Shown here in pieces: positions 24,043 through 36,523 of a stretch of DNA of 64,000 nt. Source of the DNA: Octopus sinensis (Eukaryota); NCBI RefSeq assembly GCF_006345805.1, contig NW_021835955.1, forward strand, positions 90,427 to 154,426, read 5' to 3'. Each line of letters begins with the position of its first letter. The stretch's first letter is position 1. Both the position numbers and the translations under genes were made by a program. Below the pieces are notes generated by a model. The model was not told where the DNA came from, searched no databases, and saw nothing but the letters and a program-made list of their open reading frames with translations.

Positions 24043-24940
24043 AATGAAATTCTAACACAGTCTTATTTTCACATTTTATTATTTATAATTTTTACAATTT
24101 TACATTTTTACAATATTATATGGTTATTGTGATAAAACTAGTACTTTCATGTGTATGTAATCATCAGGTATATGTCATAGTAGTGACAGTAGTGTCCACA
24201 ATTGACAACATGGTTGTCACTAATGCTACATAAACCTCATGACTGTGTAATGCATGAAAGTACTAGTTTTATCACAATAAGTATATAATATTCTATTATT
24301 ATAATATTGTAAAATTTGTAAATTTAAATTTTCTTTTTATTTATGCACCTTTTTCAAGCCTAGCCAGACTCATGGGCCCAGTTTCCCGGTTTCTGTGGCG
24401 TATGTGTTCCCCCCAGCTGTACAGGATGCCAGTCCATCACAAGAAGAAAGAAACAGGAAGAAAGGGTGTGAAAAGTTGGGGCAAAGGAGTACAACAGGGA
24501 TCACCACCACCCCCTGCCGGAGTCTCATGGAGCTTTAGGTGTTTTTGCTCAATAACACACACCACACCCGGTTTAGGAATTGAAACTGCGATCCTCTGAC
24601 TGCGAGTCTGCTGCCCTAACCATTGGGCCATTGTGCCTCCACTGCACCCTTTTAAAGCCTAGCCAGGCTCATGGGCCCTGTTTCCCAGTTTCAATGGTGT
24701 CTGTGTTCCCCAGATGGAGGGATGCCAGTCCATCGCAGTGTTACTCATTTTTGCCAGCTGAGTGGACTGGAGCAATGTGAAATGAAGTGTTTTGCTCAAG
24801 AACACAATGTGTCACCCGATCCAGGAATCAAAACCACAATCTTACGATCATGATGCTGACACCTTAACCACTAAGCTATGCGCCTCCACAAAAATTGTAA
24901 ATAATAAAATGTAAACATCAGACTACATTGGAATTTCATT
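24043..24940. repeat. Fold-back palindrome with hammerhead-like cores; right arm interrupted by a SINE pair
   Basis: Perfect 28-bp IR at 24124-24151 / 24253-24280; outer arm 24043-24092 mirrored at 24890-24940. Confidence 0.8.
24344..24889 (-). mobile_element. Two tandem family C tRNA-derived SINEs with different central domains
   Basis: Both end in GCCTCCAC on + (tRNA-like head on the minus strand) and share the AAGCCTAGCCAG..CTCATGGGCCC tail. Confidence 0.85.
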
Positions 24941-24944
24941 GATT

Positions 24945-24990
<46 letters not shown>

Positions 24991-25124
24991 AATCCACAAT
25001 CATCATTGTTTATTGTGTCCACTTTTCCATGCTTGCAGACTGGACAGAAATTGGTAAGGTAGATTTCCCATGCTTGGATGCTTTTCTTGTTACCAGCCCT
25101 CACCTGTTTCCAAGTAAGGTAATA

Positions 25125-25593
25125 TTGGGTTGTCTGGAAAGTCCGTGCCAATTTATAGTAGCTTACTTTCTGACTTATTTTAGAACATGGTTGAGTCCAT
25201 AAAATAGGATTTGACTACACCTCAATTTAGAGCACAGTTTAAGCTATCTTTTCGTGGAAGAAGGTTTATGTTCCTATAACCTGTGTTAATTCTGTAACCC
25301 TTTAAAATGGAAGATAAGAAAGTTCATTTTTGGCATCTGATGCTTTGGGAACCAGACAAAAATTGCTATAGCTCAGCTGGATGTGTTACACCACTCTCCA
25401 TATTCAGCAGATAGTGCTCCTTTGGATTTCCACTTATTCAGATCTCCGCAGAATAGTCTTAATGGTAAAATTTCAATTCCTTGGATGACGTAAAAAGATA
25501 CCCTGATGAATTCTTTGCTATAAATCCACCTCATTTCTGGAGAGGGTATTTTCAAGTTAAAGGAAAGATGGAGATGCATTGTGCAACAAAATG
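25125..25593 (+). mobile_element. Internally deleted mariner transposon relic
   Basis: TA then TTGGGTTGTCTGGAAAG terminus; ATG 25307 MEDKKVHFWHLMLWE joined to SWDVLHHSPYSADSAPLDFHLFRS (YSPDLAP-D motif) and GIFKLKERWRCIVQQN. Confidence 0.85.
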
Positions 25594-25672
25594 ATCCATC
25601 TCCTTATTCTTTACTCCCTTCCTCTGTCATCATCTCATTAATATATACCATTCTTATTTTCTCTATTTTTCC

Positions 25673-25736
25673 CAATTTGTCTGATGACAGAATATCCCAT
25701 ACTCGGGGATATCCCAGAAACATCTGTAAGACATTG
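25673..25736 (+). ncRNA. Type I hammerhead-ribozyme-like motif (Penelope-type)
   Basis: CTGATGA 25681-87; stem II ATATCCC/GGGATAT; GAAA 25717-20; C-ATCT-G stem III; GTA site; stem I CAATTTGT/AGACATTG with 6 of 8 pairs in register. Confidence 0.6.
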
Positions 25737-26094
25737 AATGTTTTCCAGTAATAATATTGTATAAGACTTGAGCTGTTTGCCTTGCCTTAATATTTGTTGT
25801 CTTCTTTAACAATTATATATCCACTATATTGGAAATCTGCAATGGCTCCGTAACTACCATCTCAGCTACAACCTTGGAGCACTAATAATCTATTACAACA
25901 TTTATTTAGTGTACCTAATCATTTAGATCACCTGTGAACTAAACCCCATACTTTGTATGTATATATATCTTTTTTCTCTTTATATATATTATATATTATA
26001 TATATATTATTATAATATATATTATTATATATATTATTACAATATATATAATATATATTATAACATATTTATTATATATTATGTATATTATAAT

Positions 26095-26342
26095 ATATCT
26101 ATATCTATAAAAGGCAGGATGTGTGTGTGTACATGAAAATTTTTTGCGCATCCACAAATTAGCATGCATGTCACTCCAATTTTAGGAGGACATTGGTCAC
26201 GACCATTGCTGTGCTTTTGTCAACTTATTTTTCCTGTGGCACACCCGGATAGTGGTAAAAATAGCTTTTCACAACCATAACTTTTACCAATTTTCACGCC
26301 AGTGAAATCCGTAAGTTTGCTAACATGAGCTAAGTCCCCTGT
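26095..26342 (+). mobile_element. Family G repeat (Helitron-like 5' end)
   Basis: Homolog of 8010-8250. Confidence 0.6.
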
Positions 26343-26651
26343 TTTATAGATTAATTCACCCTAATACAATGTCTCCAAAAACAAAATTAGATTTGGACTA
26401 CCTAGGCAATCTCAGTGTAGAAAAAGTGAAAGAGCTGAAGAGACTGACTATCAGCAGACCCATTAGTAAAATATAACTTTTTGGGCCAAAACCTGGCAAT
26501 AAGAGCTTGCAGATATTCTGCTACAAAACATTCAATAATATCGAAGCAGAAACTTTCATAAATCAGAGTATAATTTTTGAAAACTCTTTCTGAACCCAGT
26601 CAACAATGGGTATTTCTGCTAGTATATTATATATCATTATATATATATATA

Positions 26652-26778
26652 GGCGCAGGAGTGGCTGTGTGGTAAGTAGCTTGCTAACCAACCACATGGT
26701 TCCGGGTTCAGTCCCACTGCATGGCATCTTGCCTTGTGAGTGGATTTGGTAGACGGAAACTGAAAGAAGCCTGTCGTA

Positions 26779-26823
<45 letters not shown>

Positions 26824-27043
26824 GTGTGTGTGTTTGTGTGTCTGTGTTTGTCCCCCTAGCATTGCTTGACAACCGATGCTGGTGTGTCTACGTCCCCGTC
26901 ACTTAGCGGTTTGGCAAAAGAGACCAATAGAATAAGTACTGGGCTTACAAAGAATAAGTCCCGGGGTCGATTTGCTCGACTAAAGGTGGTGCTCCAGCAT
27001 GGCCGCAGTCAAATGACTGAAACAAGTAAAAGAAAAGAAAAGA
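26652..27043 (+). mobile_element. Family A tRNA-derived SINE with internal (TA)n(TG)n
   Basis: A-box TGGCTGTGTGG, B-box GGTTCAGTCCC, 3' GGTGCTCCAGCATGGCCGCAGTCAAATGACTGAAACAAGTAAAAG. Confidence 0.9.
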
Positions 27044-27772
27044 ATATTATAATAATACATATAAATATACAATATATGTAATATGTATATTCTTATATAC
27101 ATTTGGTTGTTAGATAAATTCATTAACTTTTCCATTTATTCTAATCCTTACATTTCATCAACAGTTTTAACAAATCAGTGTCAATAATATATTCCCCTTT
27201 CTTCATAAGTTCTTGCTGACATTCATCTAGCTTTTGCAGTTTCACATTATTGTTGAAGGAAATACCTCACAGACTGTTGGTAAGCAACTGGAAAGGGTAC
27301 TTTATGGGGAGAATTTGGTGGGTATTGGTAGAACTTACCAATTTTGGTCCTTAAATAAAATTTTTAGCAAATTAGAAATGTGATGAACTGTGTCACTATT
27401 CAGATTGCTGGGCCTTACCCATCACATGGGTGATGGCTATCAGGGAACATACTATCTGTTGGACCAACTGATTATTAATCAACTCAGATTCTCATGGATG
27501 AGCTTGTTCAATCATTTCTCCTTGAAATAAAGAGGCCAGACAAACTATGGTGAGACTGAGATGCTCAATTTACTATCTTTGAACTGCATAAACAATTTCT
27601 GGTGTAAACCATTTATTTGCAATCTTTTAGTAATAGCAGCTACGATAAAACTATAATGAAATTATTTTGCATGTTACTTCAAATACTGTTAGAAAGAAAT
27701 GGACAAATTTATCCAACAACCAATTCATATACCATGTATATATGTACATATCATTTACATACATATATATTT

Positions 27773-27807
<35 letters not shown>

Positions 27808-27898
27808 AATTTAGGTAGCAAAAAAATTCAATAGAAATTTATCGCAACCAGCTGCTCTTTCTGGTGGACGAGTGACCTGTTGGGGTCACTCCTAAATC

Positions 27899-27942
<44 letters not shown>

Positions 27943-27967
27943 GTATATATATGTATGTATATATATG

Positions 27968-28046
<79 letters not shown>

Positions 28047-28240
28047 TATAATATATATATATTAATGTTTAGTTTTATGTTCAGTTGGCATAAAAATAGT
28101 TTTACATTAATCTGAAGGGTTATTCTATACTTTTGTAGAGTCCAATGTTAGTGTTCTTTAATGCTGACAATACTATTCTTGTTAAAGAATAATAAATACA
28201 TGAATATCATATATGTATAATGCATATGTATGTGTATATG

Positions 28241-28281
<41 letters not shown>

Positions 28282-28336
28282 GTATGAGGTATGTATATAT
28301 TTATATATATATGATATATCTATATGTAGTTATATA

Positions 28337-28402
<66 letters not shown>

Positions 28403-28563
28403 TGTATGCATATGTGTGTGTAGATATATATATACATGTATAAATTGTCCGTGTATAAATAGACATAGATTGAGATAGATAGTAATATCAATAATAGATA
28501 TATGTATGCTTATATAATTCTCTCTATATAGATTAAATATGGGAATGTATGTATATATATATA

Positions 28564-28640
<77 letters not shown>

Positions 28641-29155
28641 TTATGCACATTCACACACATTCACACACACATATATAACATAAGTGTGTCTATGCATGTA
28701 ACATTACTTTGAATTCGTTGTTCTCTTAGAAGTTGGTATGCAAATAAGATGTATTTTGATTTGATCATTTACAGAGAGGGCAGGTGTAGTGCACAGGCAT
28801 TTGTTTTCCTTTCTTTTTAAGCTTCAGTGGAAACTTGATAAAATAGCGTGCTTGTTAGCCGCATGTGAGGAAACCATCACATTATTTCCATGTTTATCTA
28901 TGTGTCATTCTTGACTGATGGACAAACATGTGTTCAGTTATTCATATATTTTGTACATTTCCATATTTATTGCTTGATATATTGAAGAGTAAAATAACAC
29001 ATGAAATATAACTATTTGTGACATTATTTTGGTTGTCTTTATTCATTTATCTGTCTGTCTATGATGGGTTTTTATTTCATATATTTTTTGTTATTTTACT
29101 ACAATATCATGGGTTTCTTTATTTTTGTTTTGCACTACTTGTGTGTGTGTCTGTG

Positions 29156-29247
<92 letters not shown>

Positions 29248-29329
29248 CATATACATCTATAAAACAGATATATGTACATCCATCCATTCATCCCTCCATC
29301 CATCAATCACTCCATCCATCCATCCATCC

Positions 29330-29406
<77 letters not shown>

Positions 29407-29595
29407 CAAGAATTCTTGTATATTGTATCTTCCGTCTTTCATTTGCCATATATATATATATGTGTTTGTGTGTGTGTGTGTGTGTGTGTCTATCCTTTCA
29501 TTTTTGGGGGCAGATGCCTCAGAATATGCTCATCAAAGCAAGCTACTTACCACACAGCCACTCCTGCACCTTTTTTAAAATTTGTTACAATAAAC

Positions 29596-30225
29596 CTTTC
29601 TGCTAAAGGCACAAGGCCTGGAATTTTTCGGGAGGGTGCTAGTTGATTACATTAAACCCAGTGTTCAACTGGTATTTATTTTATCACCTACCCCCCACAA
29701 AAGGAAGAAAGTCCAAGTTGACCCTGATGGAATTTGAACTCAGAACATAAAGATGGATGAAATACTGTTAAGCATTTTACCCAGCTCAATGCCTCAACAA
29801 TAATAATACCTGGAATTTGAGGAGAGGGGGATAGCCGATTACATCAATCTCAGTACTTGACTGGTATTTAATTTATCGACTCTGAAAGGGTGAAAAGCAA
29901 AGCTGACCTCGACAGAATTTGAACTCAGATTGTAGCAACGGGCAACTACCGCTAAGCATTTTTGCTAGGCAAGCTACTGATTCTATCAGCAATAATAAGG
30001 TTTCTGATTTGGGCACAGAACTAGAAAATTTGAGGAGTGGTATTATAAGTACTTGACATGTACAATATTTTATTGATCATTCTCTACCATGGCCACCACT
30101 AATAAAAAAAAAAAACAGAATGAAAAATGAACTTGGCCTCATTAGGATTTGAAACTAGAATGTAAAGAGCTAGAACAAATGTTACATTTTTTTTATGATA
30201 CTCCACTGATTCTGCCTGCTCTTCA
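29596..30225 (-). mobile_element. Three tandem family B SINEs of increasing divergence
   Basis: Repeated GGCACA../GAATTTGAACTCAGA/AAGCATTT blocks. Confidence 0.7.
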
Positions 30226-30374
30226 CCTTCCATATGGCTTCTGCTCTTTACCCACTTCCACCTCTCCCCATACTACTACTGCTACTACTACTATGATGAT
30301 GATGACAATGATGAAGGTGATAGTATTAATTGATCTATATTTTGGTAAAAGGCTAGCAATTCTGAGGGGAGAAG

Positions 30375-30640
30375 CAAGTGCCACTGGGTTCAGTCCTACT
30401 TCGTGGCACCTTGAGCAAGTGCCTTGTACTATATAATTCCTGTACTCACTAAAGCCATGTGAGTAGATTTCAGAGACAGAAACTAAAAGAAGCTGTCGTG
30501 TGTATGTGTGTGTGTTGTGCATGTCTTTGTGTTTGTTCCAAACTGGGATCAGTTTGTTCGACCAAACCCTTCAAGCTGGTGCCCCAGTATGGCTACACTC
30601 CACTAACTGAGACAAGTAGATTAAAAGAAAATGAAAAGAA
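30375..30640 (+). mobile_element. Family A SINE, diverged and deleted
   Basis: GGGTTCAGTCCT..GGCACCTTGAGCAAGTG..GGTGCCCCAGTATGGCTAC. Confidence 0.7.
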
Positions 30641-30714
30641 AAAATTTACTAACAATTCAAATATAATCACAAGAGTAGTACCCTCTGCATTTCGGACTAT
30701 TCTATCCAATGTAA

Positions 30715-31042
30715 AAGGATAAAGAGTAAAAAACCCCTTTGGGGTTATGAATGACCATAAGATTGCACCTAGTAAGTTTCCCTCCAAGGCACTAGTCTGT
30801 GCCAGATTGTTTATGGAAGACCTGCAGTCACCCATGCATATCAGCCTCCCATGTTGTCCAAGGGAAAAGCAAAGACTGATACGGCTTGTTCACCAGTGAC
30901 ATCACAACTCATTGCTACAGCTAAGTGAATGGAGCAATATGAAATAAAGTATCTTGCTCAAGAACACAACACACAAGCCTGGTCCAGAATCGAACTCACT
31001 ACCTCATGACTGTGAGACCAACACTCTAGCCACTGAGCCATG
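30715..31042 (-). mobile_element. Family D SINE inserted in a piggyBac-like MITE
   Basis: TSD CAATGTAA at 30707-30714 and 31043-31050; flanks 30680-30714 and 31043-31222 match the MITE at 54924-55151. Confidence 0.85.
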
Positions 31043-31389
31043 CAATGTAATGCTTATTTATTCACATTTTTTTAATCAATCATTCATTAACTCATGATGT
31101 AATTGTTTATATTTACAATGACATTATAGGGTAGGTGTGAGAAGTCAGATCTGGCTGGTGTGAACATTATACAGGTAGAATGTTTTGGCCGGATATGGCC
31201 AGTTTAAATGCTGAAAAGTTAAGCAATGAAGTGAATATCCTTCACTCACTACAAGTTAGTTTTGTTTAAATAATTGGATCAAAACATTTTTACCTTTTTT
31301 ATACATAGTTAACAATTAAAAATGCCTCATTCATATTGTTGCCAGCAGGTATGGTATATAATCTGCTTATTCAGAGATATATTAATTGT

Positions 31390-32818
31390 TATTGTCATCA
31401 TCATCGTCGCCGCCGTTGTCATCATCTCACCAGCCTCATCCTTGTCATCATCATCTTTTACTTCATTATCATCATCATCATCACATCATCATCTCTTCTT
31501 TTCCTTCCTCTCTTCCCTCTTCTTCTTCTTCTTCTCTACCCTTCCCCCTTCTCTACCACTTCTTCTCCTTCTCTCGCCCTCCTCTTTTCTCTTCTAACTC
31601 CACTCTCCTCCTTCATCTTCTTCTTCTTCTTCTTCTTCTTCTACAGAGAGAGGGAGATAGATACATAATTTAACTTTCACTTTTCCTTTTTACCTTCAAT
31701 TCTTTGTCCCCACCCCATTTCTTTCCTCTACATCACGTTAATTTATTTCTTTACATCTTACCCTTTCTTTTCTCTATTCTCACTTATTCTTTCTTTTCAT
31801 CTTCTTCTTCCTGTATTCTTCAAACATCTGTGATTTCCTTCTTTTTCCCTTCACTGGAGATTTTACTCTCTCCTCAATTTTCTTCCTTGTAAATGCTATA
31901 TTTCTGATGTCCTCACTTCCTAGATCTCCCCAACTCTAGTTCTTTCTCTTTCTCTCTGTATCTATCCCCTCTGTCTGTATTTATCCCTCTCTCTCTCTCT
32001 CTGTATCTCTCCACATTTCTATCATTCCTTCTTTCTCAGTATTTATGTCCCTCTCTCTGTATCTATCCCTTTCTCTCTGTGTCTATCACCCTCTCTCTCT
32101 CTCTCTCTCTCTCTGTATCTATCCCCCTCTCTCCGTATCTATCCCTCTCTCCTCTCCCTGTATCTCACCCCCTCTCTCTGAATCTCAACCCACTCTCTGT
32201 TTCCCTCCCCTTTCTCTCTGTATTCATCCCCCTCTTTGTATCTCACCCCCTCTCTAGTAGCCATCTCCCTCTCTCTATATCTACCCTCTCTCTCTCTCTC
32301 TGTATCTCTTCCCTCTTTCTATATCTACCCCCTCTCTTTGTATCTCTCCCTCTCTCTCTGTAGCTTGCCTGTCTCTGTATCTATTTCTCTCTCCCCTCTC
32401 TCTGTATTTAGCCCGTCTTTCTCTCCCTCTCCCTCCTCTCTCTCTTCCCATATGACTTCTGATTCTGTTTCTTCCTTCAGACCCTTTCTCAGCCTCTCCT
32501 CTTCTACTCCTTAAATCCATGGTCTCCCTCTACCTTCCACACCTAATATATTTTGGCTCTCTTTTAAATGGCATCTGATTTTCTTTGCTACCTCACTTCA
32601 TCCACATGCTTCTCCTCTCCTTGCTCATCTTCCACTACCCCTTCTTTTTCTTCCTCTTTATTTTCATCTGTTATCCTCTACCCTTTGATTGTTAATCAGC
32701 TTTCTCTCTCTCTCCCTCTCCTTCTTTATCTATTTTCTCCCCCTCTCACTCTCTCACATTCTCTTGCTCTATCTCCCTCTCCTATTTATTCATTTATTTA
32801 TCTATTTTTACTTTACTG
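31390..32818. repeat. ~1.4-kb pyrimidine-rich (CT/CTT/CTCTGTAT) low-complexity tract
   Basis: Direct inspection. Confidence 0.9.
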
Positions 32819-33295
32819 ACAAAGTGACCAAGTGAGTTATATCCCTTGAGTTAACACTGGTCAGCGGTTAGGTCCAAGTGGCTGAAATAGCAGTCAGTGA
32901 CTGGACAATGTCATACTATTTATATTTGTTCAGTAAATTTAAAATATTTTAGTAACTAACATATTAAAACATATAGTAAGTCTTATTGTTTTTTCAACAC
33001 AATCCAGGATATCTTGAAATTAAAATTTTAAATATATTTCCTAGTTTTAAAATTTAAGGGTTAATTTTTAAAAATTTCATTTAAAGGTATAATATTTTTG
33101 TACCAAATATGAGGAATCTGGTTTTTGGAATACAAGATGATTAATTCTTTTATTCTTTTATTTATTTCAGCCAGTTGACTGTGGCCATGCTGGAGCATTT
33201 TATTTCAGTAAGAATTTCATTTAGTAACAAGCACATTAAAACATAATATAGTTAGTCTTAATGTTTCAAATAATTTCCAACATAATCCAGAATAT

Positions 33296-33696
33296 TTTAC
33301 TCTCTGTCTTTTTACTCTTTTACTTGTTCCAGTCATTTGACTGTGGCCACACTGGAGCACCACCTTTAGTCGAGCAAATCGACCCCAGGACTTATTCTTT
33401 GTAAGCCTAGTACTTATTCTATCGGCCCCTTTTGCTGAACCGCTAAGTTATGGTGATGTAACACACCAGCATCGGTTGTCAAGTGACACACATACATATA
33501 TACAACACACATATATATATATACATATATACGACAGGCTTCTTTCAGTTTCCATCTAACAAATCCACTCTCAAGGCTTTGGTTGACCCTAGGCTATAAG
33601 TAGATGACACTTGCCCAAAGTGACACACAGTGGGACTGAACCCGGAACTTTGTGGCTGGTAAACAAGCTACTTACCACACAGCCACTCCTATGCCT
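33296..33696 (-). mobile_element. Family A SINE
   Basis: Full reverse complement of the A consensus. Confidence 0.9.
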
Positions 33697-34044
33697 ATTG
33701 TGAAATTAAAATTTTAAATATATTTCCTAGTTTTAAAATTTAACTGTTAATTTTTTAAAATTCCATTTAATGGTATTATATTTTTGTATCAGATATCAGG
33801 AATCTGGTTTTTGAAACACAGGGTGATAAATGATATCTTTTTTCATCTTTAAGTTAGAATTTTACATCATCCTTTTCTCAATAACATTATTATATACTAC
33901 TTATGTTTTAAAAATCTCTATATAAATGATTAATTACTTGTAAATCTTAATGATATGATAGTGAAATAGAAACTGAGTAGGGGAAAGAAACTAACAATAT
34001 ATTGCATATTCAGTAACACATACATATATATCTTTTATCTATTA

Positions 34045-34386
34045 TCATTTACTTGTTTCAGTCATGAGACTGTGGCCATGCTGGGGAACCTCCTTGAACA
34101 ATTTTTAGTTGAAAGAACTGAACCTTGTAAGTACATATTTATTTTAAGCTTGGTACTTATTCCATAAGTCACTTTTCCTGAATGACTAAGCTCCAGGGAA
34201 CCTGATCACACCAACACTAGTTCTCAAGTAGACAAGGGGCGAATGCACACACATATGCTCAATGCCCATCTTTCAGCCAAGGCTATATAGCAGAAGACTC
34301 TTACTCAAGGTGTCATACAGTGGGACTGAACTCAGAACCATGTAATTGGGAAGCAAGCTTCTTATCACACAGCCATGCTTGTGCCT
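34045..34386 (-). mobile_element. Family A SINE, diverged
   Basis: ACTTGTTTCAGTCAT..GGCCATGCTGGGG..GGGACTGAACTCAGAACCATGT..CACACAGCCA. Confidence 0.75.
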
Positions 34387-34964
34387 ATATAATAACAAAT
34401 ATTAGAGATATTGTTGAATATAATTATTACATCATCATTAAGAATTAAATTACTAATGAGAACTGACAGTAAAATATTCCCAAATTTTATCAAAACTATA
34501 GTGATATTAATGCTATGGTAACAAAAATATTACAGAAAATACAAGCGTCATAAATTATATACATATATCTACAAGCATGTGTTTATTGTTTGTGTATATA
34601 CGTACACACATGCATACATATATATGTTTTTGTGTATCTATATATATAAAAACATATAGGTATGTGTTTATATCAAGTATGTGTGTGTATATATATATAT
34701 ATATATATAGCATACATATATAGATAGATTGATATAGATGAATATGCATATGTATAAACATATATATATAACATATATATCATCATTTAACATCCCCTGT
34801 AAACAGCTTTCTCTCTATGTATATGTGTGCATGTGTATATACATATACATGCATATATACATACATTTATACCTATATATATACATATACATATATAGAG
34901 TAAGCACATAAATATGAAACAAGGTGGAAAAAATAGTACTTAAATACCAGAGGTAGAGTAATAT

Positions 34965-35068
34965 GCTTTATTAAAAAGCAGCAAAAGTCACAAAAACTGT
35001 CCAATGAAAGAGAACATGAAACTCTGAGTAACAGCTTTTGTGATATTTTTGCTGCTTTTCAATAAAGT
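34965..35068 (+). ncRNA. Degenerate hammerhead-like motif enclosed by a ~30-bp inverted repeat
   Basis: ctgt-CCAATGA-aagagaacat-GAAA-CTC-T-GAG-TA-acag; stem I in register; core mutated. Confidence 0.45.
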
Positions 35069-35339
35069 ACATATAAACACACAGTACACACACACACACA
35101 CGAATATATATGCTTATATAATTATGCATGTTTACACACACACACACACACACACGCACACGTATACACTTATCTGACTGAGTGGACAAACGAAAGATAG
35201 AGGTGCTCAACACATCTGTTTGAAGTTACATATATCATTATTAAATAAATGTAATAACATTTTTATTTGACTCTTCATGAGCTAGGTTTGTAAGATGAGG
35301 TTGCAAAACTTTAAGTTGCATGAAGCCAAATCAGCCTAT

Positions 35340-35872
35340 TATTAAATAATAACAACACAACAACAATAATGATAATAATAATGATAATAATAATGATAAT
35401 AATAATAAAAATAATAATGATAATATAATAATAATAATAATAAATAATAAATAATAATAATAATAATAGTAATAATAATAGTAATAATAATAGTAATAAT
35501 AATAGTAATAACAATGATGATGATGATGATGATATCAACAACAAAAATAATAATAATAAGTAATAATAATGATATGATGATATCAACAACAAAAATAACA
35601 ATAATAATAATAATAAAAATAATAATAATAGTAATAATAATAATAATGATGATGATATCAACAACATAAATTACAATAATAATGATAATAATAATAGTAA
35701 TAATAATAATAATGATGATGATATCAACAACAAAAATAACAACAATAATAATAATAATAGTAATAATAATAATAACAATAATGATGATGATATCAACAAC
35801 AAAAATAACAATAATGATAATAATAATAATAATAGTAGTAATAATAATAATGATGATGATGATGATATCAAC

Positions 35873-35906
<34 letters not shown>

Positions 35907-35965
35907 GTAATAATAATAATAACATCAAGCACAACAACAATAACAATAATATCAACAACAATAGT
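35340..35965. repeat. (AAT)n-based higher-order minisatellite
   Basis: GATATCAACAAC-type landmark recurs about every 50-85 bp between (AAT)n runs. Confidence 0.9.
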
Positions 35966-36443
35966 ATATACAAGCATATGTGTTTATATATCCCTGCATA
36001 AAACTACACATGTCAACTGTCCAATGCATGACAGCATGGAAAAGCAGGATGTTAAATGATGATATATGAATGAAATTACATACAAATGTGTGTATTTGTG
36101 TGTTTGTGGGTGTGTGTGTGTGCATGTGTGTATTTGTGCGTGATACGTATAAATGGATGTAGATATTTGTGCATATATGTGTATCCATATATAATTATAT
36201 ACAAATGTATGTACACACACACACACATGTATGCATTTATGTATATATGTGTGTGTATGTGTGTGTGTTTGTGATTGGGTATATGTATATAGGATGTGGT
36301 TGTGTGGTAAGAAGTTTCCATCTTTCACACATGGTTCTGGGTTCAAATCCACTGCATACACCACAGTCACTTTTTTCCTACTATCACTCCAGGCTGATGG
36401 CGTGAATTTGGTTAAACACAAACCTAAAGAAGCCCAACATGTT

Positions 36444-36489
<46 letters not shown>

Positions 36490-36523
36490 AATATATATAT
36501 GTATGTATGCATGTGTATATATA

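Noticed and set aside
27805-27901. Short complex insert between TA tracts with a GAGTGACC/GGTCACTC hairpin
   Set aside because: Too short to classify; spacing does not fit a Helitron 3' end well
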